A DNA stretch of 64,000 bases from Nitrospirales bacterium (lineage in GTDB: Bacteria > Nitrospirota > Nitrospiria > Nitrospirales > UBA8639), in assembly GCA_963555755.3 (NCBI GenBank), contig OY820905.2, positions 2,240,001-2,304,000 on the forward strand. The letters run 5' to 3'. A program made the translations under genes and the position numbers. The notes under the pieces were generated by a model. It was not told where the DNA came from. It made no database searches and saw nothing but the letters and a program-made list of their open reading frames with translations. Positions 31,189-42,015 of the stretch are shown here, in pieces. The number at the start of each line of letters is the position of its first letter. The first letter of the stretch is position 1.

Positions 31189-34100
31189 TCATGGCGATTC
31201 TCTCAACTCCTCGATCAGTGCGAGCGCATCAACAAGGTCAACCATTTTCTTTCCTTTTTCTTCTCTAACTTCTTGTTTAACTTCTTTTTTTAAGGAGTGG
31301 TAAAGCTTCTGAGCTTCTTGTTTAACTTCTTTTTTTAAGGAGTTGTAAAGCTTCTCGAGGATCTGGAGCGCCTCTTGCTGTTTCCTCTGCAGTTTCGACA
31401 GCCGGACTAAACCTACTGCCGCTCGGATCCCCAGCATGAGAGCTTTCTGATTACTTGCGGTTGACAACGCCCTTTTGAAATAGTCTTCGGCTTTGGTAAA
31501 ATCGGGAGCTGCATTCTCTGTTCGAGCCTCAGCTTCGGCACGTTGTTTTAAAATCTCTGCCTTGAGGCGATAGAGCTCAGGTTCCATGAAATGCTCGTTT
31601 CGGTCGGGGTCGGTGGCCTCGCGGATTCCTTCGTCCAGTGCATCGAGTGCGTCTTGGGTTCGACCCGCCATCCACAGAACCTCTCCACGCATTGTCATCA
31701 TGTCAGGCAGGCAAATCTTAGTACCGGTGGGTCGAAACTTTTCAAGCCCCCTTTCGATCTCGTCAATCCCTTCCTCGATTCGGCCCTTCTTGGCTATTGC
31801 CCAACCGTGGTAGATCAGGGCGATCGTATCCCAAAGTTGAAAAACCTCCTTTTCGGCAAGCTCCAGCACTTTGGCTGATGCATTCTCTACCCACTCAAAG
31901 TTACGGGCGGAATGGTAGGCAAAGCAGCCGATACCATATGCGAAGGCAATACTGGGCGGATGTCCGAGCTCTTCAGCGAGGGCTACAGCCTTTTCGATCT
32001 CCGCCAGGCCCGATACCGGCTCGCCCAACATCCACTTGCTGCTGCCGCAGAACTCGTGCAATGCCACCGTAGAAGACAGCTGAAACATTTGGATGATTAT
32101 TCGTTCCTGCTTAAGGTTGAACCGGCTTATGCCCTGCTCCGCATGCTTCTGCGCCTCTGTGAATTGTCCTTGATAGTGGTAAGAGTAGCCGATCGCATGA
32201 TGCGCCCCTACCCACAGGAGGGAGTTATCGGTAGCCTTAGCCATCTGGAGCACCTCTTTCCCCTTTTTCAAGGAGTCGTTCATCTGTCCACGCAAGAAGT
32301 AGTTGAAGCATAAAAACCATGTTGCCGCATATAGACTTTGCCCGTGACTCGTAACGTCTTCTGACTTTTGGGCTCGTACCGCTTGGTCCAGTAACTTTTG
32401 GGCAAGGGGGATGGCGCGTTGGCAGGCTTTTGTTACTTCCTCAGATCCCCATCCTTTAGTGATGCTGTAGGCCTGGCCAAGGCCGAGCTGCATCGCCAAT
32501 TCCATTTTGTCGCGCTCGGGGCTTTCAGGTAGCCCTTCGAGAAGGTCCAGACCCTGGGTCAGGTGGCCAATAGCTTCAGAGTTTGCGGACCGTATCAGCG
32601 CCCGATCACCCGCCTCCTTCCATTTCGGAATAGCCCATTTAGGGAGCCCCGCGTGGGTGTAGTGATATGCTAAGAGCTCCGGTTCGGACTCGGCCGTGGA
32701 TGAAAACTGATCTTTCAGCACCTCGGCGATCTGCTGATGGAACTCGCGCCTCGAGTCTTTTAATAAAGACTCGTACGCTGCCTTCTCGATCAATGCGTGC
32801 TTGAAAATGTACGTCGCCTGAGGTGACAGACCTTGCTTAAACAATAGTCCTGCATCTTCTAGTCGTGTCAGTTCATTCCGCAAAGTCGTCCCCTTGACCG
32901 TAGACACCGCTTCAAGGAGCTCGAAGCTAAACTCTCGGCCCAGTGTCGCTCCCAGCTGGGCTACCTGTTTCGCTGTAGATAGTCTGTCTAAACGGGCCAT
33001 TAATAAGTCTTGAAGTGTGGAAGGAATCTCCTCTGAAAGTGTTCCTGATAGCTCATATCCTTTTTCCAGTGGTTGGAGCACCCCAGATTCCATTAATGAT
33101 TTGGTGAGTTCTTCTACGAACAACGGCACTCCGTCTGTATTATTGATGAGATGTTTATTAACTTCTGTAGGTAACGTTTTGCCTTCTACTACCCCCTGTG
33201 CCATGGCTATCACCTGCTTATTGGTCAGGCCTTGCAGCGGGATGGCATCCAAGTTCGGTCGGGCCTCCCACGGCGGATTAAAGGCGTATTCCTTCCTATT
33301 CCTATCAGGTTCTTTAGTCCGGAATGTGAGTACGACCAGAACTCTTGCCTTTGGGGATTGGTTAACCACCATGGTCAGCCAAGCTAGCGTCGTCGGGTCG
33401 ATCCAGTGCAGGTCTTCGACGATCAGTAGCAAGGGGCGGCTAGGCGATGTCTCCAATAGCAAAGCTACCAGTACTTTGAGCGTCTCCTGCATCTGAGTCT
33501 CGGGAGTAAACTTAAGAGGTGTGTCGATAGGCACCGACAGGAGTTTGGCCAGTAGAGCCACTGCTTCCTCATTGAAACCGTATTTTTTGAGGGCGTCCTT
33601 CAGTCTGCGTAGTTTGGCATCATCGGTATCTTCCTCTCCAAGGTGCAGCTTCTGCTCTAATAGATTGACGATGGGGTAGAGCGCAGTGTTTTGGTAAAAT
33701 GGGGAGCAGCGGTACTCCTGAAGGGAATGTTTTTCGCGTTTGAGCCTTTGTTTCAATTCATCGACCAGACGCGATTTTCCGATTCCGGGGTCTCCACTTA
33801 TCATGACTACTTGGCCCATGCCATCCTTGACTCGCGCCCACCTGTTGAGAAGCAATTCTATCTCGCCGTCCCGGCCCACCAGAGGCGTTAGCCTGCTGCC
33901 TAGGGCTTCTAGACGACTTTTAACCCCACTCTTCCCAATCACGCGTCGGAGATTTATGGACCGGGAAATACCTTTTAGTTCATGTGGCTCTGGTTCTGAG
34001 GTTTCGAAATAGCCATTGACCAAGCTATGCGTCTCTTCGCTAATCACAACGGTATTGGGTTCCGTCCGGTCCTGTATTCGAGCGGCCACGTTTGGGGTTT

Positions 34101-34719
34101 CCCCGATGGCGAGGATTTTTTGGCTATCGCCGGTCCCAACCTTTCCCACAACCACTTTCCCGGTGTCGATCCCAATTCGCAATCTAAGGTCATCAACGCC
34201 AAACTGCTTCAAGGAATTGTTCAAATTCGGCAGCTCTTCCAGTATCTTGAGAGCGGCGTAGACCCCCCTTAAGGCATTGTCCTCGTGAGCTACAGGATGA
34301 CCAAAGTACGCCATTACCCCGTCCCCCAAATTTTGCGCGATCATTCCTCCAAAGCGACTGACAGCTTGGGCACAGTGGTTATGGTATTCATCCACTACTT
34401 TCTTCTGATCTTCAGTATCTAGGGTTTGAGATAGACGAGTGAAATTCACCACATCACAGAACATCACGGTTAGTTGGCGCTTTGAACTCAGTATTTCCCC
34501 ATGCTCTTTGAATAGAACAGGTGTCGTCTCAGAGCTGCCAGTCCAGACCAGCACGCCGCCCTCCTCACGGGCGAAGCGTTGACCTTGGATGATTTCTGTC
34601 TTCAGGTCCTCGAGGTACCCGTCGTCTAGATCGAATTCTCTCTTGAGTGCCCCATACGTTAGTCGCTTTCGGCGCTCAAGCAATTTCTTTGTAGCGTCCA
34701 AAATCTCAATGAAGGTCAT
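31189..34719 (-). CDS. Class III adenylate/guanylate cyclase - AAA ATPase - TPR multidomain protein
   Basis: VMFCDVV, LGDGV and GETPNVAARIQ; Walker A GDPGIGKS; LIVEDLHW; TPR-like C-terminus. Start placed at MTFIEIL. Confidence 0.92.
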   Translation of the reverse strand: MTFIEILDATKKLLERRKRLTYGALKREFDLDDGYLEDLKTEIIQGQRFAREEGGVLVWTGSSETTPVLFKEHGEILSSKRQLTVMFCDVVNFTRLSQTLDTEDQKKVVDEYHNHCAQAVSRFGGMIAQNLGDGVMAYFGHPVAHEDNALRGVYAALKILEELPNLNNSLKQFGVDDLRLRIGIDTGKVVVGKVGTGDSQKILAIGETPNVAARIQDRTEPNTVVISEETHSLVNGYFETSEPEPHELKGISRSINLRRVIGKSGVKSRLEALGSRLTPLVGRDGEIELLLNRWARVKDGMGQVVMISGDPGIGKSRLVDELKQRLKREKHSLQEYRCSPFYQNTALYPIVNLLEQKLHLGEEDTDDAKLRRLKDALKKYGFNEEAVALLAKLLSVPIDTPLKFTPETQMQETLKVLVALLLETSPSRPLLLIVEDLHWIDPTTLAWLTMVVNQSPKARVLVVLTFRTKEPDRNRKEYAFNPPWEARPNLDAIPLQGLTNKQVIAMAQGVVEGKTLPTEVNKHLINNTDGVPLFVEELTKSLMESGVLQPLEKGYELSGTLSEEIPSTLQDLLMARLDRLSTAKQVAQLGATLGREFSFELLEAVSTVKGTTLRNELTRLEDAGLLFKQGLSPQATYIFKHALIEKAAYESLLKDSRREFHQQIAEVLKDQFSSTAESEPELLAYHYTHAGLPKWAIPKWKEAGDRALIRSANSEAIGHLTQGLDLLEGLPESPERDKMELAMQLGLGQAYSITKGWGSEEVTKACQRAIPLAQKLLDQAVRAQKSEDVTSHGQSLYAATWFLCFNYFLRGQMNDSLKKGKEVLQMAKATDNSLLWVGAHHAIGYSYHYQGQFTEAQKHAEQGISRFNLKQERIIIQMFQLSSTVALHEFCGSSKWMLGEPVSGLAEIEKAVALAEELGHPPSIAFAYGIGCFAYHSARNFEWVENASAKVLELAEKEVFQLWDTIALIYHGWAIAKKGRIEEGIDEIERGLEKFRPTGTKICLPDMMTMRGEVLWMAGRTQDALDALDEGIREATDPDRNEHFMEPELYRLKAEILKQRAEAEARTENAAPDFTKAEDYFKRALSTASNQKALMLGIRAAVGLVRLSKLQRKQQEALQILEKLYNSLKKEVKQEAQKLYHSLKKEVKQEVREEKGKKMVDLVDALALIEELRESP
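31270..31356 (-). repeat. 45-bp in-frame tandem duplication in the cyclase C-terminus
   Basis: KLYNSLKKEVKQE / KLYHSLKKEVKQE. Confidence 0.85.
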
Positions 34720-34879
34720 GCCCGCCCCCTCTGAACAGAATGCTAAAAAAGACCGCCAGCTGCGTTCTCGGTCGCTCAGCCTCCGCAGGTCACAATAAAT
34801 ACCCTCCGAGGGCATTGCTTCTTCGCGCCTTGAGGATTTTCAATACCACAGTTTTTACAGTTCAGTTCCATTCTCAGTT

Positions 34880-35137
34880 TTATCTTAGCTTCGAGCTATG
34901 CATCTTTCTTTGCTCATTGAACCGACCAGATGTCGTTTCAGAGCCGCCAGTCCACACCAGCCGTTCACCGCTCTCATCAACGGCGAAGCGTGGATCTTTG
35001 ATGATTTCTGTCTTCAAGTCCTCGAGGTACCCGTCGTCTAGATCGAATTGTCTCTTGAGTGCCCCATACGTTAGTCGCTTTCGGTGCTCAAGCAATTTCT
35101 TTGTAGCATCCAAGATCTCATCGTACGTCATGACCAA
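34880..35137 (-). pseudogene. Duplicated N-terminal fragment of the cyclase gene
   Basis: MTYDEILDATKKLLEHRKRLTYGALKRQFDLDDGYLEDLKTEII is nearly identical to the cyclase N-terminus; upstream DNA is also duplicated (period about 412 bp). Confidence 0.8.
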
Positions 35138-35322
35138 CCCCTCTCATCAGGATGCTGAAAAAGACCATCAGCAGCGTTCTTGGTCGCTCAGCCTCCGCAC
35201 GCACCAACATGTACCCTCCGATGGCTTTGCTTCATCACGCTTTGAGGATTTTCAATACCACGATTTTTACAGTTCAGTTCCATTCTTGTGTTTATCCTAG
35301 CTCTAAGCCCTGTCCCTGTTTA

Positions 35323-36102
35323 TCAGAGTCCTCGTTCATCACAATCCGTTCCAGAGCCCTGGTCCTTCACAGAAAGCTGGACCATCGCTTGTAATTGGTT
35401 AATGTCTTCTGTCTGCAACAAACCGCCATAACTGCCTTGTGGCGTCCCGGTGGGGACTCGAATCTCAATGTACCCGTCTACCTTGTCCCCAGGCTTGATC
35501 ATTCCCGAATTCGGGTGCACCGTTATTTGTGCCTCTGGAATTCTGTGCCCCGACATGCCAACGAGGTCCATGCTATACAGAGTAAAGTCGGCCGTTTCTT
35601 TCGGGTCGTCATTTATTAGAGTGAAGGGAATGCGACCGGTTTTGCCTGGGCTCACCGGGAAAGGAAATTTGAGAGAGGAAAGATTTGGAAAATGTTCATC
35701 TTCTATTGGGAGCTCTTCAATGCTGGCTAATTGGGATGCAATTTGGGCTGGTTGCTCCATCCGATTCTCAAGCGCATCGACCAAGGTAATACCCAATTTG
35801 GTGACCTGTTGGTGGCATTCCTCTATGGTGGTCTCAGGACCAGGCGGTACCCCTTGGAGGGTCTTTCCCATCTCCTCCGCGTTTCGACCTGTTTGGCTAT
35901 TGAGCTCGTCGTTAAGGACGGCGTTGGCTTTCTGAACAATAGATGGTGTGGCTTTCCCGGAATCAAAAGAGGGGCGTTCGGGGATGCTGTTCTGGTTTGT
36001 TTTTGTCCCTGCTCGGGTAATGACATTCTCTAGGGTTGAAGGCTCAGCCCCTAAAGTTAAGACCGGTATGCTCTCTCGGTGTACCATAAAAAAGAACTCC
36101 AA
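35323..36102 (-). CDS. Hypothetical protein with C-terminal Ig-like beta domain
   Basis: PGKTGRIPFTLIND...IEIRVPTGTPQGSYGGLL; lies in the co-oriented cluster; start uncertain. Confidence 0.65.
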   Translation of the reverse strand: MEFFFMVHRESIPVLTLGAEPSTLENVITRAGTKTNQNSIPERPSFDSGKATPSIVQKANAVLNDELNSQTGRNAEEMGKTLQGVPPGPETTIEECHQQVTKLGITLVDALENRMEQPAQIASQLASIEELPIEDEHFPNLSSLKFPFPVSPGKTGRIPFTLINDDPKETADFTLYSMDLVGMSGHRIPEAQITVHPNSGMIKPGDKVDGYIEIRVPTGTPQGSYGGLLQTEDINQLQAMVQLSVKDQGSGTDCDERGL

Positions 36103-36138
36103 ACGGAACTTAGAAAAGTGCGGTTTTAACCATGGAAA

Positions 36139-36756
36139 CTACTCAAGGGAAGGCCCCAGATTTAATGCCGCTGCCCTTTTGTAATTGCTAATGCTAATAG
36201 GATTGCTATCTCTATTCGCTCCCTTTTTACTCGTTTCGGTGCAATCGACAAAACTTTCGAAACATTCTTTGAACCAAGGAGTGTAAATGTGTTCGTTGGC
36301 TTTCATATCATTTAATAATTCGGACAGATCTACGAAAGCTAAATCGGCAACTTCCTTTGGATGAGGATAAACTGAACCGGTGTGGTGACCCAGGAAGACA
36401 TGGTCAATTTCATACTCACCCCATTTTCGAGAATATTGATATGGGGTCGGGTATTTGAATTTAAAGAGGAATTTCACATCACAGGTAAAGCCCAACTCTT
36501 CCTCAAGCCGTCTTTGCGCGGCCAAGGTTATTGGCTCTTCAGGCCTGGGATGCGAGCAGCATGAATTTGACCAGAATCCTGGCCATGTTATCTTCAAATG
36601 ATTCCTCTTCTGTATAAGGAGCTGTCCTTTTTCATTGAGGATGAATATTGAAAATGCTCGATGGAGTTTTCCCGGAAAAATATGCGCGGCATATTTCTCC
36701 TCAACACCGACTTCATTATCATCCTCGTCAACGAGCACTACATATTCTTCTTCCAT
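36139..36756 (-). CDS. idi: Isopentenyl-diphosphate delta-isomerase, type 1
   Basis: LHRAFSIF, WSNSCCSHP, RRLEEELG, EYEIDH, TPWF. Confidence 0.95.
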   Translation of the reverse strand: MEEEYVVLVDEDDNEVGVEEKYAAHIFPGKLHRAFSIFILNEKGQLLIQKRNHLKITWPGFWSNSCCSHPRPEEPITLAAQRRLEEELGFTCDVKFLFKFKYPTPYQYSRKWGEYEIDHVFLGHHTGSVYPHPKEVADLAFVDLSELLNDMKANEHIYTPWFKECFESFVDCTETSKKGANRDSNPISISNYKRAAALNLGPSLE

Positions 36757-36975
36757 TCAGCAATTTCCTTTCGTACATCAAATCAGATATGAGTCATTGT
36801 TATGCCAGTAGGTGCAGGATGTGATCCCTGACATTGAAAGAACCAGCTAAGCCTGATTTCTAACTCAAATCTCTTTGCCCAAGATGTCATGCGGGCAAAT
36901 CTTCTTGCCAAACCCTCCCCGATCCCATGCCCTTGGCTTTGAACATGGTGGAGCTGGAAATTGGTTTTTTCACTA

Positions 36976-37656
36976 TTACAATTTTTTCCATAAGGCTTTT
37001 CTCATGCCCGTTTCGCGTAATCGATAATGACTAAGGTTTCTTATAGGCTTGAAAGTTGAGAATTTATTTCCCTTCCCAAAATGCCTTGCGCGGGAATTTG
37101 GCCTCGAGATTCCTTTGTGATCGCAAAGAGGGCAAGTATGGGAAAGATTTTTGGAGATTAATTGGGTGAAGGCAGGGAACTTCGAAAAGACTCTTGAAAG
37201 GGCAGAGTCAAGAAGGTCCTTGCCTTGATGGGAACGAATATTTAATGGGGAGAGCTTTAATAACTTTTTTGGGGAAGTATGACCCTCAAGACTATATGAT
37301 TCCTTGAAACCTTCCAGATATTGGAGATGAGGAATTTGGCTGTTGCACCGGGTTGCCCAGGTGTGTAACCCAAGGAAATTGGACCAATTAAATTCATAAG
37401 AGCGGAAGTAACCGAGCACCCCGTATTTCCAAACAGGGGAATGATACTCGGAAACATTGTGGGGTACCCAGTGTTCCATAGGTTGTGGCATCCAAATCGT
37501 AACAACACCGACACCACTTCCTGTGGAAGAGACCTTACATCGTGTAATGTCTGGGATCTCAGACCGTTTAAGAATGGAGGTCTTGATGGGAGAAGGAGCT
37601 AGCTTCTCTTCGGTCTTCAATCCCTTTTGAGAAAATTTTTTGGTTACGGGATTCAT
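36976..37656 (-). CDS. Hypothetical protein, first gene after the sigma54 promoter
   Basis: 226 aa ORF with AAAGGAG RBS and -24/-12 promoter 50 nt upstream; no family recognised. Confidence 0.5.
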   Translation of the reverse strand: MNPVTKKFSQKGLKTEEKLAPSPIKTSILKRSEIPDITRCKVSSTGSGVGVVTIWMPQPMEHWVPHNVSEYHSPVWKYGVLGYFRSYEFNWSNFLGLHTWATRCNSQIPHLQYLEGFKESYSLEGHTSPKKLLKLSPLNIRSHQGKDLLDSALSRVFSKFPAFTQLISKNLSHTCPLCDHKGISRPNSRARHFGKGNKFSTFKPIRNLSHYRLRETGMRKALWKKL

Positions 37657-37706
37657 ACTGCTCCTTTTGGATTCTCCATTTCAACTCTTTTTCTATTTTG
37701 TGAATA

Positions 37707-37723
37707 AGCAAAAGGTGTGCCGT
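37707..37723 (-). promoter_or_regulatory. Sigma54 -24/-12 promoter
   Basis: Minus strand ACGGCACACCTTTTGCT (GG-N10-GC). Confidence 0.75.
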
Positions 37724-39424
37724 GATTGAAAATTCTTAAAACAGATAGGTCGTATCACGCACTCATTGCGGTTTTCCACATCGTGGTTCCGCGGAAAAAT
37801 CAGGAAGACTATTCAGAAAAATGGGAAGGAAAAATTGAGGATGGATTACGTTTCTTTAGTCTGGGGTTTTCAAATTAAGGATAGTTGTCCTTAATGAACT
37901 TTAGACTTTTCATTTCAGGCCACTATGGACCTGTAGTATATTTATATCTGTTATAACGTAGACCCCATTTTTCAACATTGTCTGGTGAAGTGTAGGTTCG
38001 GTAGATGTGGTTGTGACCCGTGCCCATCGTCCCGTCGCACGAAAAGCCAGATGGGTTCCCGCTAAAATCTGCAGGAATGATGTTTCTCCACGAGGATAGG
38101 CTAAAAACTACGAGGTAGTTTTTCCATGACAGTGACTGGCTACTTCACATTTCACTCGGCAATGCCTGGAAGATGAAATGCAAGGTTTTACTGTGAGCTT
38201 CACTTCAATAATTTCCTTCATTTGCCTGTCATACATCCATCTGAACTCAAAATTTTCACCAATTATGGATTGTTCTCACTACATCAAATTCTCGAATCAC
38301 CCAGGAAGATTTTGCAATTGGCCTCCGTCAATTCGACTCTACCTTGTGTAGATAAAAATGCCCTTACTCATCATGATGGTCAATTCTTCAGATCGTGTTC
38401 CTTGCATAATTCCTTTATGGGATTTTTTTTGATCACGCGCCAACGTCTGATCGTGTTTTCCTTCAGCATGCTTGGCCAACATTCCAACTATTTCTTTCTT
38501 AATCATTGAAAAAAAGGCGTCGCGCCCCCGACTCCCGTGTGGAACGCCGTGTACTGAAAGTGTGTACGTCGTTGACACTATTTTTCGTGAAAAAGAGCCG
38601 TCGACGCAAAAGGTATCGGAAAATGCCTTATTGGGTTCAATCAAAGATTGGCATAGGAATTGAATTCTCAATGATAAGAATGCGGATGGCCGAAGTTGTT
38701 TCGGCCTCGTGGGTTCAGGTCTCATCCTTCCAGGGAAGGTGCAGCACCCACCTTACTTTGCCGTGCAATTTCTCCTCCTCCTTAAATTGGCATGGCAAAA
38801 GAGGCCTGAGCTCACGGAAGGGGGACGCTGCCTCCTCCTTCACTCCACCCCCTGCAGGAACGCCAATCTCCCCTGCAGGGGATGGACCCAAAAATTTCTC
38901 CATCGACAGGGCGAATGTTATTAAGGAATACATCGGTCAGAACGCGTTGGCATCACCTCAGCCGCCGCCACCCGCAGCCATTCAAAACAAAGAGAAGAAA
39001 AAAGTCCTGGATGCCCGTTAACTCCTGCGGGCATGAAGGATTGGGGTTCGGACAGGCAAAAGGCTCTGGTCCTCTAGGTTTGACTCACCATCGCCCCCTC
39101 TGTCATTCCCGCAGTTGTTAGCGGGAATCTATCTTGCTTTTCCTGCGCTTGCCCTTACGAAAACCTGCCCTCGTGCAGATGGGGGCGAGGACGGGGATCC
39201 AGGGTACGTAATGGGAATGTTGAAAAAAGCCGCCAGCGGCGTTCTCGCCCTTTTGCCGTGCTCACGTACTGAGAGTACGCTCCGCGCGTCAAAAGGGCTG
39301 CGGCCTTGCTGGATAGACCCTTCGGAAAGACTCAGGGCATGCTTTTTTGAACATTCCCTCCCACTGATGCGAGCCGTCTTTCCTGGAGCATCTATGGGTC
39401 ATGGACCTGAAATATTCAACAGGC

Positions 39425-39545
39425 CCGTAATGTCGCCCCACAAATCACGCCAACCTGGCGTTGTCGCGCTCAATGAGAGAAAGTTTCCAGGCACGGTTCC
39501 ATTTCTTGAGCTGCTTTTCCCGAGTAATGGCGTCGGACATGGTGT
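39425..39545 (-). pseudogene. GIY-YIG nuclease C-terminal remnant
   Basis: SDAITREKQLKKWNRAWKLSLIERDN, frameshifting to PGWRDLWGDI. Confidence 0.7.
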
Positions 39546-39973
39546 GATGCAAACCGATGCACTCCTTAGTTTTTTTGTGAACCCAGCGACTAACCCCTTT
39601 TTATGTTGCCAGCGTTTCAATCGGGGATTCCCCCTACCGGGTATTTGTCGCCCCACGACCTTACTCATCTGTTTCTCCGTCTCACAGTATTCCTTCCATT
39701 CTCCGCATACAGCCTTCACCCCTATACCGACTGGAGTAACACCATCCGGGCCAGGAGTGACAGGCGACATTACAAACTTTTTCTCTTTTCCTCTGGATTA
39801 ATTGAGTTGTTAACAATGTAGACAATTAAAATTAATGTGTAAACTATGTCCCAAATATCAGCTTTTCAATCTTTGTTTTCTTCCTCGCGGATATTTAGCC
39901 CCAAACCAAAGATTTCCAACAAAAACAAGGACATGAAATCAATATCATTGGCCTCCATCTTGAGCCACCTTAC

Positions 39974-39990
39974 TTGGCACAATGGTTGCA
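39974..39990 (+). promoter_or_regulatory. Sigma54 -24/-12 promoter
   Basis: TTGGCACAATGGTTGCA, upstream of the response regulator. Confidence 0.8.
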
Positions 39991-40221
39991 ACATTCATGA
40001 ATTAAGGAAGGCGTAGATCCAAACTTTCACGGGGCAAAGGATAATGAATATGTCTTGGGCGATTTTGACAGCGGGAATCATCACAACCCTCTTCGTCCTA
40101 TTCGCTCTCCTGAGGATTTGGTCGGGGAAAGGTTCCAGGAAAAGTACCGGGACATGGTCTTCCGATATCGAACGCTAGTTTTTTCACTTCCCACTTGTTT
40201 GGGAGAAAGGAAGGTGTCGTG

Positions 40222-40653
40222 ATGGGAGAACGTACAGCAGGCATGTTTAGTGGAAAACCGTGTAGTGGACGTGTTCTGATTATGGATGACGAGCCCGATG
40301 TGAGAAAGGTGGTCCGCCTCCATTTGGAGAAAGCCGGCTATGAAGTCATGGAAGCCGAAGATGGGGAAAAAGCCATTAAAGAAATTCAGCGTGGAGAAAA
40401 TCCCATACTCATGGACACGATCATTTGTGACATTCGAATGCCCAAAATTAATGGGGCTGAGGCCATTCAGTATTTCCAAACGCAATATCCAAGGGTCCCT
40501 CTCATCGTGATGACCGGGCATCCTGATGTGCAAATGGCGACGTCGTTCCTTAATGGGGGCGTGGTGGACTATTTAGTGAAACCTGTTGAGTCGGAAAAAT
40601 TATGCGCCACCGTTGCCAAGGCTGTCGATTCGAAGGATAACAGTTTCATGTAG
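40222..40653 (+). CDS. Single-domain response regulator
   Basis: VLIMDDE, ICDIRMPKING, VMTG, YLVKP. Confidence 0.9.
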   Translation: MGERTAGMFSGKPCSGRVLIMDDEPDVRKVVRLHLEKAGYEVMEAEDGEKAIKEIQRGENPILMDTIICDIRMPKINGAEAIQYFQTQYPRVPLIVMTGHPDVQMATSFLNGGVVDYLVKPVESEKLCATVAKAVDSKDNSFM

Positions 40654-40920
40654 GAGGGAAACCTTAACTTTCTCAACACGATTATCTTTAGGGCACCTCT
40701 AAAAACCGTCCTTTTCCGTGATGGCGGCGTCAGCCGCGTGCTCAAATCCTCATGTATTCGCCCATACACTCCGGTTTTCCGCGCGCGGCTTCCTTGCCCT
40801 CACAAAAAATGCCTGGTTTTTAGAGGTGCCCTTTAGTCAGGGTTTCCGGCACTAACTGGTCGGGGAAGGTTCTTTCCAGAAGGGCTTCCCCAGCCTACCT
40901 TATTATCGAATTCAATTGAG

Positions 40921-41976
40921 TTGAGGAAAGGGCTGGATGTGGATACTCAATCTCGTATTCGCGTCATTATTCTTGGCGGAGGAAAAGGCGGGACGGCATT
41001 ATTAGATCTGCTCTTTCACCTTCCTCACATTCATATTGTTGGTATTGCCGATACCAATCCTTTCGCTCCGGGTTTACAAAAAGCGAAACAATTCAGCATC
41101 CCCGTGTCAAACAATTGCGCACGGTTGATTTCCCAAAAGGATATTGATCTTATCATTGACGTCACGGGTCATCCGGAGGTGTCCCAACTTCTTCATCAAC
41201 GACCGAACGCTGGAACGGAAATCCTTGATGGGGCCACGGTGAAACTCCTCTGGGACATCATTGGGCATGAGAAGCAAATGGAGGCAAATTTAATACAATC
41301 GGAAAAGCTGGCCTCCATTGGCACATTCGTGTCCAGCATTACCCATGATGTGAGTAATCCCCTCTATGCGATTTTAGGGTATGCGGAACACCTTGTCGAA
41401 GACTCCGACGACCCATCGACAAAGGAGTTGGCCCAAAGCATTGTGGAGGCGACCAAACGCATTGCAAAAATCTGCCGAGGGTTGACCCTGTATTCCCGTA
41501 AGCCCGATCTCGATACGATTGAAGCGGTCGATGTGAATACACAACTCGATGAGGCATGGAACATTGCGTGCTTCGCGACCCACCATCAGGGGGTGGTGGT
41601 TGAAAAGCGATATGCTAGTCATCCTGTTATTCAGGCCAATCAGGATGAAATTCTTCAAGTCTTGGTGAATGTAGTGATTAACGCTATTCATGCGATGAAA
41701 GAGGGAGGGGACTTGACCTTATGCTCTGAATGCCAAAATGGAACGGTGACGCTTCGAATAATCGATACAGGCTCTGGGATCCCCGTGCATCATTTGGCCA
41801 ATCTGTTCGTCCCGTTTTTCACGACGAAGCCATCGGGTGTGGGGACGGGGTTAGGCCTGTTTTCCGCCAAGTCCATCACGGAAAAGCATGGTGGACAGAT
41901 TTGTGTACAGAGTGAAGTCAACAAGGGGACCACGTTTTCCCTTCATTTCCCGGCATTCCCGCAACCCCTGACATAA
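40921..41976 (+). CDS. Histidine kinase with N-terminal Rossmann-like domain
   Basis: IILGGGKGG N-terminus; ITHDVSNPL H-box; DTGSG, FFTTK, GTGLGL. Confidence 0.9.
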   Translation: MRKGLDVDTQSRIRVIILGGGKGGTALLDLLFHLPHIHIVGIADTNPFAPGLQKAKQFSIPVSNNCARLISQKDIDLIIDVTGHPEVSQLLHQRPNAGTEILDGATVKLLWDIIGHEKQMEANLIQSEKLASIGTFVSSITHDVSNPLYAILGYAEHLVEDSDDPSTKELAQSIVEATKRIAKICRGLTLYSRKPDLDTIEAVDVNTQLDEAWNIACFATHHQGVVVEKRYASHPVIQANQDEILQVLVNVVINAIHAMKEGGDLTLCSECQNGTVTLRIIDTGSGIPVHHLANLFVPFFTTKPSGVGTGLGLFSAKSITEKHGGQICVQSEVNKGTTFSLHFPAFPQPLT

Positions 41977-42015
41977 CAGACGGTCGCATGGTTCCTGATA
42001 GGGAGAGGATGAGAG

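Noticed and set aside
38222..39121. ORFs 38506-39021, 38339-38725 and overlapping frames
   Set aside because: No recognisable motifs; the region overlaps decayed trmH-paralogue DNA and repeats.
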